DNA of 63,473 bases, counting the filler, from Octopus bimaculoides (lineage: Eukaryota): the NCBI RefSeq assembly GCF_001194135.2. It is 6 parts of 5 records of this genome, joined end to end, with 100 filler letters (N's around TTAATTAATTAA, not from the genome) between each part and the next. Parts side by side here need not be neighbours in the genome. Positions count along the whole stretch, not along the records: positions 40,213 to 55,535 come from NC_069002.1; positions 55,636 to 60,165 come from NC_068983.1; positions 60,266 to 63,473 come from NC_068981.1; 3 more parts are not named here. One strand, 5' to 3'. The position numbers and the translations under genes were made by a program. The notes beneath the pieces were generated by a model that was not told the origin of the DNA, did not search any database, and saw only the letters and a list, made by a program, of their open reading frames with translations. This document shows, piece by piece, positions 52,718-63,473 of this stretch (the first letter of the stretch is position 1; the number at the start of each line of letters is the position of its first letter).

Positions 52718-53584
52718 CTTTTTCCCGTCTTATAAGAGTTAATACCCAATATTTGTCTGTAGTACTTACTGCATTATTGCGGGCGCAGAGCTGGCAGAAG
52801 CGCTGGTACACAGGGCAAAATGCTTAGTAACATTTACATCCTGCTTTTTATCATTTTGGGGTCGATATATATATATATATACCAGTTGAATATTGGGGTA
52901 GATGTAATTCACTTACTCCCTGGCCCGAACTTGCTAGCCACAAGGCCACAATTTGAAACCATTGTCGTTGTTGTTGTTGTTGTTGCTGTTACCTGTTTTA
53001 TACAAGCTGTTGAAATTCCCACTCAAACATCTCAAATAACAGCAAGTTGCACGTTCTACTATGGGTGTTGTGATTAGCAATGGTATGATGGACACGAAGT
53101 AGGCCAGAATCTAAGAATTACTATTCTTTACAATTTGTAACATTTCAGTTATTTCCAAATTGACAAAGTTTTTCCTAAGATATGGGCTGTACTGAGGAGA
53201 ATAATTTTTGTAGTTCTAATGCCATCGGATGTTCGAGTATTTTACCATTTTGGTATTGTCCTCAAAGATCAGAGGATGTACAGCTGTTTTCCTTAGAAAC
53301 CACATTTTTTGAAACCTCTATTTCAAGTTCCTGATAGTTACTTAACTATAATTACTATCACTCTCATTATTAAGGCGATGAGCTGGTAGAATACTTAGCA
53401 CGCCGAAAAAGATGCTCAGCGGCGTTCAATCTGTCTTTATGTTCCAAGTTGAAATTCCATTGAGGTCGACTTTGCTTTTCATCCTTTCGGGATCGATAGA
53501 ATAGTTAAATACTGGGTGTATTTCATCGATCTACACCTTACTCCGAAATTGTTGAACATAATCTAAAATGTGGAACCATTATTA

Positions 53585-54087
53585 TTATAATTGTCATTGT
53601 TGTTATTATTATCATTATTATTATTACTATTATTATTGTTGTTGTTGTCGTTGTTGTTGTTGGTGTTGTTGATGTTATTTGGTCAGTCCAGTCCGAAACT
53701 GGTTAAATCGATGCTTGTTGAACCGTTATTTATTATACATACACACACGTATATATTTATGCGTGTATATATATATATGTATATATATATGTATATATAT
53801 ATATATACATATATATATGTAAATATATACATATATATATATATATACATATATAGATATAGATATACACATATATGCATATATGTACATATATATATAA
53901 ACATATATATACATACATATATATGTAAACATACATATACATACATGTATATATATGAACACACAAACTAAGATATACATGCATACATATGCATATTTAT
54001 AAATATATATATATATATACACATACAGATATATATATGCATATATATACATATACATATATATACATATACATACATACATACATC

Positions 54088-54120
<33 letters not shown>
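53585..54120. repeat. (TTA)/(GTT) and degenerate (TA)n microsatellite block
   Basis: Direct inspection; similar TA/CA/TATC blocks at 640-820, 16020-16105, 16580-16790, 55705-55830 and 61180-61660. Confidence 0.9.
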
Positions 54121-55535
54121 GAAGTTGATGGTCCCTGATGTTATTGCTGAAGTCTGCGAAGCATAAATAATAAATATAATGACACAAAACAATAGTTCAC
54201 TGAAAACGAACTAATGAAGGTACTGACAAGAAAAATTCTGTTTCTAGTGGTTTTGCAGCATGACATTGTATGCAGCTCCCTGTTCCGGTTCTGCGATTTG
54301 GTAAAAAATAAATCGCTGAAATGAATTATGATTGAAAATTAATGGTTTATAAAACTATTATTTTATAAGAGAGAAATATAAATTAAATTATATTAATGAA
54401 TCTTGGCTGACAAAAACGGTGTTGTAGGGAGGAGGAAGCAAAACGGCGAAACGACTGTGATATACACGTACATATATACATATGTATATATGTGTATATA
54501 AGCATGTATGTATGTATTTATATATATATATGTATGTATATATATNNNNNNNNNNTCCGACACATGTTTCGAAGATATCAGTGATATTATTCCAAAGGAA
54601 TAAAGGTTTTTGAAAACAAACTTAATAGCGTTCAATTAATCACTTTACATATCCATCATATTCTGTTAAAATGTCTTATTGACGAGTTTCATTCTTCATT
54701 TCTCTGAAGAGAAGATCACATTGTTTTACACCATTTTATTCCTTTGTAATAATACCAGTGATATCATTGAAACATGTGTCGGAAGTAAAAGAATTTGAAT
54801 AACTACTGTGTTTAACTCCATTTATTTATTTATTTATATATATTATACAAAATATTTCACATAAACCCGAAGTTTCTACCTTTAAAAACAAGGAGTTAAA
54901 ACTTTTTTACTTGTGTGATTTTTTTGTTACTCTTGTAACAATTTATCTATTTTTTCCGTGTTAATTGTTAACAATGGAAAATACACACATCTATTTATAT
55001 GCATATATATATGTCCATGTTCTTTTGCCACGTCATGTACCCAGTTATGTCTCTATATGTACATGTAGATGAAGGTATGTACATACATGTACATATATAT
55101 GCATATACTCATATATTGTTTGTATCACGACAGAACGCACGCGTTAACCTTTATACAGTAAGTTTAAACTATTTTTCTAACGCGACTCTCTCTATCTCTA
55201 TATCTATCTCCCCCTCTCATTCTTCCCTCTACTGTTCTTCGCCTCTACCTGTCACTACTATCTCTCTCTCTCTCTCTATCTCTTGTTACTCGTCCTTCGC
55301 CTCTCACCATTACTACTACTATCTCTCTCCCTCTCTACCTCTCGTTGCTCACTTTTATTCTACTTCCTACCCTTGTTTTCCCTCTGCTACTCTTTCTCTT
55401 TACACAGCCTTGGTCACGTGTGTCCGGCTGCTATTTCTTTTCGTTCTTGGACTCCCCAAGCTCGCACGTACTTCTTTGCCCCTCATGTTCGTGCTTCACA
55501 GCGTTCAATAGATACACACTTCACGTCTGGCTGTA

Positions 55536-55635
55536 NNNNNNNNNNNNNNNNNNNNNNNNNNNNNNNNNNNNNNNNNNNNTTAATTAATTAANNNNNNNNN
55601 NNNNNNNNNNNNNNNNNNNNNNNNNNNNNNNNNNN
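55536..55635. other. Synthetic scaffold linker
   Basis: 44 N + TTAATTAATTAA + 44 N. Confidence 0.97.
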
Positions 55636-55718
55636 TTAAAGAAAAGCTCTACAGTTGTATTTGTCCCCTCTGTATGCAGCCCCGTGTGGCTAATAAAAGA
55701 AAGTTATCTATCTATCTA

Positions 55719-55750
<32 letters not shown>

Positions 55751-55769
55751 CCTATCAATCAATCAATCA

Positions 55770-55817
<48 letters not shown>

Positions 55818-56761
55818 GTCTGTCTATCTATCTATGTGTATATACATACATGTATGTGTGTATGTACGTATGTTACATGAATAATATTGACAGTGACTTT
55901 GATGGTTAGTAGGTCGTAATTTCGAACTCACTGTCAACACTATTCTAGTAAATGAATAATAAATATATACTCTGCAAAGACTATTGTGTAATACTTCAAT
56001 TTAATGTAAAATTGTTTTTATAGCATCTCGACAGAAAAACAAACACCAATATATGTGCATACGTGTGTATGTGTGTGCTATGTGTGTATATGTGTGCATA
56101 AAGATAATTAAGTACATCGATAGATACACAGATTGATTGGTACATGCAAACAATGGCCGCTGTGATGTAATCTTCATAGAGTAACATGATAAATAGGGCG
56201 ATCCTCAACGAACGATGAACTAGTCAAATAAACCGCCATTACCGGCATGTTTAACGTTGATAATACAAAATGGCGAAATAGAAAATACACACATACATGT
56301 ACACGCAATGGCCATAGATGATGAATAAAGTTATAAGCATCAACAGTTGCGTAGTACAGAAGCAGGAACAGCAGCAGCAGCAGCAGCAGTAACAACATCA
56401 CAAAACAGCGGCAGCATCAGCAACAACAGCAAACATTGACAAGCAGGAATCGTGAATACTTGCATCTATTATTTAGATTTGTTTAAAGCTTTCGCATTTC
56501 TTTTGACAGAGCGCCAAAGAAAACAAAACCCCGCCCCTGGCTGGAGGTAGATTGCGGTTACTCAACGAGTTCAGCTGCTGTGCACACACACAAACACACA
56601 CGCACACTCACAAACAAGCACACACATACACGCATACACACAAATAAAACCACCCTCATACACACACACATGCACACGCACAAACATAACACAAACACGC
56701 GTAGTCACAAACTCACGTGAGTGCATAAATATATGTGTTAAACATATTTACAAATGTGCCA

Positions 56762-56792
<31 letters not shown>

Positions 56793-57446
56793 TGTGTATG
56801 TGTGTGCGTCTGATTTAGTTTGTGCGTGTCTAGGTGGGTGCTGAAGGGTGGGTGCGTGTTGTCTGAAGAGAAAATTAGAAATTCAATCATCGTTATCGTC
56901 TTCACATAAATCTACCTTACCCAACTCTAAGTATTTGACCGAATTTTGCTCTTGCCTGGTATATATAACCCCCACCCCAAATATATATATATATATATAT
57001 ATATATANNNNNNNNNNNNNNNNNNNNNNNNNNNNNNNNNNNNNNNNNNNNNNNNNNNNNNNNNNNNNNNNNNNNNNNNNNNNNNNNNNNNNNNNNNNNN
57101 NNNNNNNNNNNNNNNNNNNNNNNNNNNNNNNNNNNNNNNNNNNNNNNNNNNNNNNNNNNNNNNNNNNNNNNNNNNNNNNNNNNNNNNNNNNNNNNNNNNN
57201 NNNNNNNNNNNNNNNNNNNNNNNNNNNNNNNNNNNNNNNNNNNNNNNNNNNNNNNNNNNNNNNNNNNNNNNNNNNNNNNNNNNNNNNNNNNNNNNNNNNN
57301 NNNNNNNNNNNNNNNNNNNNNNNNNNNNNNNNNNNNNNNNNNNNNNNNNNNNNNNNNNNNNNNNNNNNNNNNNNNNNNNNNNNNNNNNNNNNNNNNNNNN
57401 NNNNNNNNNNNNNNNNNNNNNNNNNNNNNNNNNNNNNNNNNNNNNN

Positions 57447-57496
<50 letters not shown>

Positions 57497-58607
57497 GATA
57501 TATATACATATATGCGAGTGTATATAGGTGTGTATACATATACGTATATTAGTGTGTAAGAGTGTTTATGTAACTGAATAAATATACATGTTTGCATTCG
57601 TATGTGGGTGGGTGTGCACACCCACCCACGCGTGCGCGCAAGCACACACACACACATACATATGAAGCACGCACGCACACACACGCACACACACATACGG
57701 TCTCTCTCACATGTGTGTGTGTGTGTGTGCTTACACAGCCTAGCGTGTGAGTCTTCCCCGTTAGCAGCGCACAGCTTTTCCCTCACCCAGAATCCTGCAA
57801 AGCATCCCTTCACTTCCACACGGTAACTGAGTGCTTTGCTACCTTAGGGTAACTTAGCAGGGTATTTCGGAGAAGCAAAAGACCCCAGAGACGCTATGAT
57901 CTAATCTGCCCTCGTAATACGCTCCGATACTTCTCTATTACTGCCTTGTTGCCTGCGTAGTGTGTGAATCCGCAACCTCAAAGGCTAGGACGTAGACCCT
58001 GAGAGGAAATCAAGGCTTTTAGACGGCCAAGAGTAAGGTAGTAATTGATGTATCGGGTTTCAGGCAGTGTCACGCACTGTGAGAAGAGGCCTGTCATATT
58101 GAGCCACACATACCACTGGTTACGGAAAAAAAAAATACGGTTTCCAGACGTCACTAGAAAGCTTCCTTGACATCTTTTCTTCTGCATTGTTGAACATAGT
58201 TCCTACATCTCAGTAGTTGTCGTTTTTGTTGCTACAGTCGAGATATTGCGCATGTGTGCGAAGATGAAGAACTACCTCTTCCGTAACTTCCTCGCACGTG
58301 AAGCTGCATGGTGGACGTGGCATAACCATTGTTTGTTGCTTAAATTATTCCGCCAATTTTCCACGATTGATAAATAACAAGATCAATTATTACAACAATT
58401 TCTAAAATAGCCACATTGAAGTGAAGTAGAGTAGTAATGTTATATTCGAATGGTATTTTATTTCAAATCCTCAGAAAGGTAAATTCGACTTCAACAGGAT
58501 TTGAAACCGAACATGAAGAGTTGAAATAAACACCACAACGTCTTTTGCTTGACACTCCAACGTTTCTGCAACTTATACGGATTATTGATATGTTATTGTT
58601 TGATCGT

Positions 58608-58987
58608 GGAGGTGCAATGGCCCAGTGGTTAGGGCATCGGACTCGCAGTCGTTAGATCGCGGTTTCGATTCCCAGACCAGGCGTTGTGAGTGTTTATTGA
58701 GCGAAAACACCTAAAGCTCCACGAGGCTCCGGCAGGGGATGGTGGCCAACCCTGCTGTACTCTTTCACCACAAATTTCTCTCACTCTTCTTCCTGTTTCT
58801 GTTGTACCTGTATTTCAAAGGACCAGCCTTGTCACACTCTGTGTCACGCTGAATCTCCCTGAGAACTACATTAAGAGTACACGTGTCTGTGGAGTGCTCA
58901 GCCACTTGCACGTTAATTTCACGAGCAGGCTGTTCCGCTGATAGGATCAACTGGAACCCTCGTCGTCGTAACCAACGGAGTGCCAAC
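58608..58987 (+). mobile_element. tRNA-derived SINE family C, full length
   Basis: Head GGTGCAATGGCCCAGTGGTTAGGGC...GGTTTCGATTCCC; 3' end CGTCGTCGTAACC.ACGGAGTGCCAAC. Confidence 0.85.
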
Positions 58988-59046
58988 CATGTTTGATCAC
59001 AGCCCTTCTACGAGCATCTCGTGGATTATTATCTGTTAGGCGGTGA

Positions 59047-59368
59047 AAGCACGTGGCTTAGTTGGTTAGTATATATGGCTCACGTCCATAAGGTCATAAG
59101 TTCGATTCCTGGCAGCGCGTTGTGTCCTTGAGCAAGACGCTTTATTTCAAGTTGCTTCACTCCACTCAACTGGCAGAAATGTGTTGTACTTGTAATTAAA
59201 AGGGCCAATCTTGTCACATTCTGTGTGACGTTGAATCTCCCTGAGAACTATGTTAAGGGTGCACGTGTCTGAGGAGCGTTCAGCCACTTGTACGTTAATT
59301 TCACGAGCAGGCTGTGCCGTCAATCGAATCAACCGGAAGACTCGTCGTCGTAACCGACGGAGTGCCAA
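59047..59368 (+). mobile_element. tRNA-derived SINE with V-like central motif and the family C tail
   Basis: GTTGTGTCCTTGAGCAAGACGCTTTATTTC core; the last about 190 bp align to 58800-58987. Confidence 0.8.
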
Positions 59369-59839
59369 TTGTCTTTTAGGCAGATATCAGCACGCATCAG
59401 CAACTAATTTGCTGGCTGATTTTGGCAAGATTGTCACAACTAAAGCACCATCAGTTGTTTGTTCTCACAGAAGGAGGGGATGAGGGGATGAAAAAGGGGG
59501 CGGACAAAGTGTCATGTTTAATAAAATGAAAAAAGTTTTTCGCTTTTAAATTTGATGTAAAAAGAAGAACGGAATGCCGCAAACAGTTTTGCATTCTCGT
59601 TAGTAAAGAGGATAAGGGGTGGCGTAGAAACATTTTGCCAACTTTTTGGAGACGTTTGGTATTTGTGACATCGGAAATCACAGTTTTAAACAAATAGTAT
59701 GCGCGATCAAATGTGACTTGTGACTCAATATTAACAATGATGACAACGACGGGGACAGTAACAAAAATGTTAATAACATGCATGATGACGGCAACAATCA
59801 TAGCAATGACGTCAGCGGCAACAGAAATAACGGTTCCGA

Positions 59840-60165
59840 ATCCGACGGCGCTCCATAGACAAGGCCCCGGTTACTGGAAGCTAAACGCGTCGATAACGGC
59901 GTGCAAAGCCTACAGAGACCGGATTAGTTTATTAGTTAAGAGGGCTTTAACCGGGGCAATCATCAATAACAACTGGTGGTTCGCCCTGAAGCGGGCAATT
60001 AGAGCAGAATCAATTAGGTTTAGTAAGGCTCTAGCTGTAGAACGTAAGAAAACAGAGCGGGATTTAGTTAACAAACTAGACGAGGCTCTTAGGACAGGTA
60101 TCGCAACCGACGTGTTAGCAGCGAAGTTGGCCCTCGGCCAACACTTTGATGCCAAGCATGAAGGC
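59840..60165 (+). mobile_element. Tx1/L1-group LINE ORF2 fragment (region just after the AP endonuclease)
   Basis: HRQGPGYWKLNAS...WWFALKRAIRAESIRFSK; GPGYWKLN is typical of this position. Cut by the synthetic linker at 60166. Confidence 0.75.
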
Positions 60166-60265
60166 NNNNNNNNNNNNNNNNNNNNNNNNNNNNNNNNNNN
60201 NNNNNNNNNTTAATTAATTAANNNNNNNNNNNNNNNNNNNNNNNNNNNNNNNNNNNNNNNNNNNN
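60166..60265. other. Synthetic scaffold linker
   Basis: 44 N + TTAATTAATTAA + 44 N. Confidence 0.97.
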
Positions 60266-60281
60266 ATATATATATATATAT

Positions 60282-60446
60282 ACGACGGGCTTCTTTCAGT
60301 TTCCGTCTACCAAATCCACTCACAAGGCTTTGGTCAGCCCGAGGCTATAGTAGAAGACACTTGCCTGAGGTACCACGCAGTGGGACTGAACCCGGAACCA
60401 TGTGGTTGGTAAGCAAGCTACTTACCACACAGCTACTCCTACGCCT
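60282..60446 (-). mobile_element. SINE family B 5' module
   Basis: Near-consensus copy. Additional fragments at about 41-155 (-), 3050-3165 (-), 21155-21262 (-) and 30395-30575 (-). Confidence 0.88.
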
Positions 60447-61097
60447 ATAGAGATGTATAGAAAGATAGATAAATAGATAGATAGATAGAGAGAGAGAGAG
60501 AGAATGAGAGAGACAGCTACTGTGCGAACACTTGCTGTACATATAGCTACATGTGTGTATATGAGAGAGAGAGAGAGACTGAGAAAAACAGAGACAAACA
60601 GAGAGTGGGATAGACAGAAAGACAAACAGACAGATAGAAAGACAGACAAACAGATAAACAGACAACCAGATGGATGGACAATCAAATAGACGCTTGTGTT
60701 GTAGTGTTGTATACTAAAATTGATTTGTATATTTTCTTTCCTGTCTTCTGCATTGAAAAACTTTCAGTTCCATAATTTATATAAAAAAAAAAAGAAACAA
60801 AAAAAGCAACAATATCAAAATAAAATATTTCAGCCCCTTTTTAAGATAAGCTCTTTTATTATCATTTTTTGCTGGTTATTAATAATTATTTGTTTGCCTA
60901 TCACTTTCAGTTGTGCAGTTTGTTTCACTTTGACTGTCATATTATATGTACTACAAAGTTCAAATGAAGCCAGTGGTAATTATGGAAAATATGAAGAATT
61001 TCTTATGTTTTCCCCCAAATCAGTTTTCTGGAAAATAAAATATATTTGTCAAGCTGCTGTTGTGACTTACTGTTTCTGGCAATGAAGTTGGGAAAAA

Positions 61098-61135
61098 TGC
61101 TACACTTTGATCTCAGCCAAAAAGCCAAGAAGCAA
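61098..61135 (-). pseudogene. U2 snRNA 5' fragment (about nt 1-38), retro-pseudogene
   Basis: ATTGCTTCTTGGCTTTTGGCTGAGATCAAAGTGTAGCA vs U2 ATCGCTTCTCGGCCTTTTGGCTAAGATCAAAGTGTAGTA (4 substitutions, 1 deletion); direct repeat GCAATGAAGTTG at 61079-61090 and 61131-61142. Confidence 0.7.
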
Positions 61136-61374
61136 TGAAGTTGAGAATAATGGAATGAGTTTTGGGATTATAATGGATGAATGAATGAATGAATGAATGA
61201 ATGTATGTATGTATGTATGTTTCCATGCATATATCTACGCATGTATGTGTATATGTATACATGTGTGCACATGTATGCATTTATGTCGGTATGCACATAT
61301 ATATGTATTTATGCATGTATGTATGCATGTGTTTATGTCTGTATATATATATGTGTGTATGTACATTATTTAAA

Positions 61375-61504
61375 TTCTTCCTCTGAGAAAGGAGCTGGTT
61401 TCTAACAAAGGTACACAACTTCATTGTTGGAATATAGATAACAACAACAATGTCACTTGAGAAAAGTCTTGCATATTTTTACTGTTCCACTTACAGAATG
61501 CATC

Positions 61505-61543
<39 letters not shown>

Positions 61544-61617
61544 GTGTGTGTGTGTGTGTGCATGCGTGTGTGTGTGTGTGTATTTATGTATGCATTTTTG
61601 GATGGATGCATGGATAT

Positions 61618-61661
<44 letters not shown>

Positions 61662-61950
61662 GCATGTCTTTCTGGTTTAATTTTTGAATTTCTCACCAAT
61701 GGAAAAAAAATATGCCTTCTAGCCAAGAAATAAGGTTCTTTTGTTGAATTCTAGAATATATCAATGGGTTAGTCATGTATTTCCATATGCTTGTATGTTC
61801 TCTTCTATTTTTATTTGAAGTCTTTCTGTAAAGAAGGAGTTGGTTTCTAACAAAGATACAATGCCCCATCATTGGAATACGAATAACAAAAGGAATGTCA
61901 CACTTTGAACTTGAGAAAAGACTTCCATATTTCTACTGTTCAACTAATGG
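61375..61950 (+). repeat. Two diverged copies of an unclassified ~120-bp repeat
   Basis: GGAG.TGGTTTCTAACAAAG.TACA...AATGTCAC...TTGAGAAAAG.CTT.CATATTT.TACTGTTC at about 61395 and 61836. Confidence 0.6.
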
Positions 61951-61976
61951 ATTGAATTTGTAATTTGTATTTGTAA

Positions 61977-62038
<62 letters not shown>

Positions 62039-62407
62039 TGACATGACACCTGGGTAGGCAAGGTAGGCAGTGCCTACCCTGAATAAAATAGATTGATAGT
62101 AATATTTTCCTTTTATGGCAAAATATGCACCTAATTCAAAAACATTATGAAGGTTACTTTGATTACTATGCTTAAAATATAAAATATTTCATTTTTTGGT
62201 AGATTAGGTAGGCATAATTTGCCTCTGCCTTTCAATCTCAGTATCTAAGTTATACATAGAACTGCTGTGGTACACGTGCTGTGTACATTCCTACAACAAT
62301 GTTCTAATGTTTTCTTTACTCACTATAAAGGCAGAAGTAAATCTGCCTAGAATTCAGTTGTACACCTGTGTTTCACTTATTTTTTGGTGTTTTACTACAT
62401 AAACGTG

Positions 62408-62741
62408 AAGGCACATGGCTCAGTGGTTAGAGCATCAAGCTTACAATCATGAGGTTGTGAGTTTGAATCCCAGACCGGGCTGCATGTTGTGTTCTTGAGC
62501 AAGACACTTTATTTCACGTTGCTCCAGTTCACTCAGCTGTAGAAATGAGTTGTGATGTCACTGGTGCCAAGCTGTATTGACCTTTACCTTTCCCTTGGAT
62601 AACGCTGGTGGCGTGGAGAGGGGAGTCCGGTATGTATGGGTGACTGGTGGTCTTCCATAAACAACCTTACCTGGACTTGTACCTGGGAGGGTAACTTTCT
62701 AGGTGTAATCCCATGGTCAGTCATGATCGAAGGGGGTCTCA
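62408..62741 (+). mobile_element. tRNA-derived SINE family D (V-like core, different tail)
   Basis: GGCACATGGCTCAGTGGTTAGAGC head, GTGTTCTTGAGCAAGACACTTTATTTCACG core, unrelated 3' part. Confidence 0.75.
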
Positions 62742-62799
62742 GTAGCGCTACATAAACGTCACCAACTGCCTACCGTGAGTAATTACTTGCGCCATATGC

Positions 62800-62844
<45 letters not shown>

Positions 62845-62960
62845 TAAAATAATAAGGGTGAAAAATTGAATATTAATTTGATTAATATAATTTGATTAAT
62901 ATCAATTTTAAACCAGTGGCCTAGCATATTGAAAAGTCTGAAGATTCAGAAAAATAATAT

Positions 62961-63208
62961 TACATACATATAAGAGGGATGGCCACTAAGTGGACATCCA
63001 TTGTGCTAGAAGTAGACCACCCATGGTCTGACCACTAAGAAACGATTGTTCTCAAGAAAATTCAGCAATTCATTTGTCTTGCTCGCTTACGTTCTGGTGT
63101 CAGCTGAATTATCTTGAGAACAATCTTTTCTTAATGGTCAGACGATAGGTGGTCTACTTTTAGCATAATGGATGTCCACTTAGTGGTCAACCCTCTTATA
63201 TGTATGTA
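62961..63208. repeat. Long foldback element (106-bp arms, 36-bp loop)
   Basis: 62961-63066 vs reverse complement of 63103-63208: 9 mismatches, no indels. Confidence 0.85.
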
Positions 63209-63219
63209 TATATATATAT

Positions 63220-63255
<36 letters not shown>

Positions 63256-63473
63256 GTTTAACGTCCGCTTTCCATGCTAGCATGGGTTGGACGATTCGAC
63301 TGAGGACTGGTGAAACCGGATGGCAACACCAGGCTCCAATCTAATTTGGCAGAGTTTCTACAGCTGGATGCCCTTCCTAACGCCAACCACTCAGAGAGTG
63401 TAGTGGGTGCTTTTACGTGTCACCCGCACGAAAACGGCCACGCTCGAAATGGTGTCTTTTATGTGCCACCCGC
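63220..63473 (-). mobile_element. RTE 3' end (young copy) with (GAT)n tail, running off the window edge
   Basis: Reverse complement of 31584-31796 with 2 differences in 213 bp. Confidence 0.85.

Noticed and set aside
53149-53195. LISKLTKF after an acceptor, as candidate EVG1 exon 2 (ESKLTNF)
   Set aside because: It lacks MMKE and hits TGA after 15 codons with no donor; a chance match.
57730-58200. GC-richer unique-looking stretch with LINE-like or BED-like words (VYVLAFE, SSDVWK)
   Set aside because: The matches are too short to assign a family.
62938-62952. CTGAAGA-TTCA-GAAA as a minimal hammerhead core
   Set aside because: Stems I and III do not pair; it is explained by the small TCTGAA/TTCAGA inverted repeat, and the copy near 1195 lacks the core.

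Overview
AT-rich, microsatellite-dense animal DNA, very probably from an octopus draft assembly. This is inferred from the SINE/RTE repertoire and the [20 protein letters not shown] zinc-finger style; no database search was run. The window is not one contiguous locus: five synthetic 100-bp linkers (44 N + TTAATTAATTAA + 44 N) join six pieces, and there are many other N gaps. The host-gene content I can support is two convergent C2H2 zinc-finger arrays (26922-27711 +, frameshifted at its 5' end; 33112-33873 -, 8 intact fingers) and a probable first coding exon of a UPF0193/EVG1 (C22orf23) homologue (39559-39655 +) with an RFX X-box just upstream. The rest is mostly decayed mobile DNA: RTE, Dong/R4, Tx1 and Gypsy retroelement fragments, Tc1/mariner elements and MITEs, and at least four tRNA-derived SINE families. 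The most interesting observations are: a complete PHD finger embedded inside the RTE reverse transcriptase; a DD36E-spaced Tc1-like transposase; a mariner whose 5' end carries an RFX X-box; decayed ex-coding leaders shared by both zinc-finger genes; hammerhead-like halves in a Penelope-type foldback; recurrent SINE dimers with an identical junction; and a U2 snRNA 5' fragment flanked by direct repeats. No CRISPR array, rRNA or intact tRNA was seen. Family names come from recalled consensus motifs and need confirming against Dfam/Repbase.
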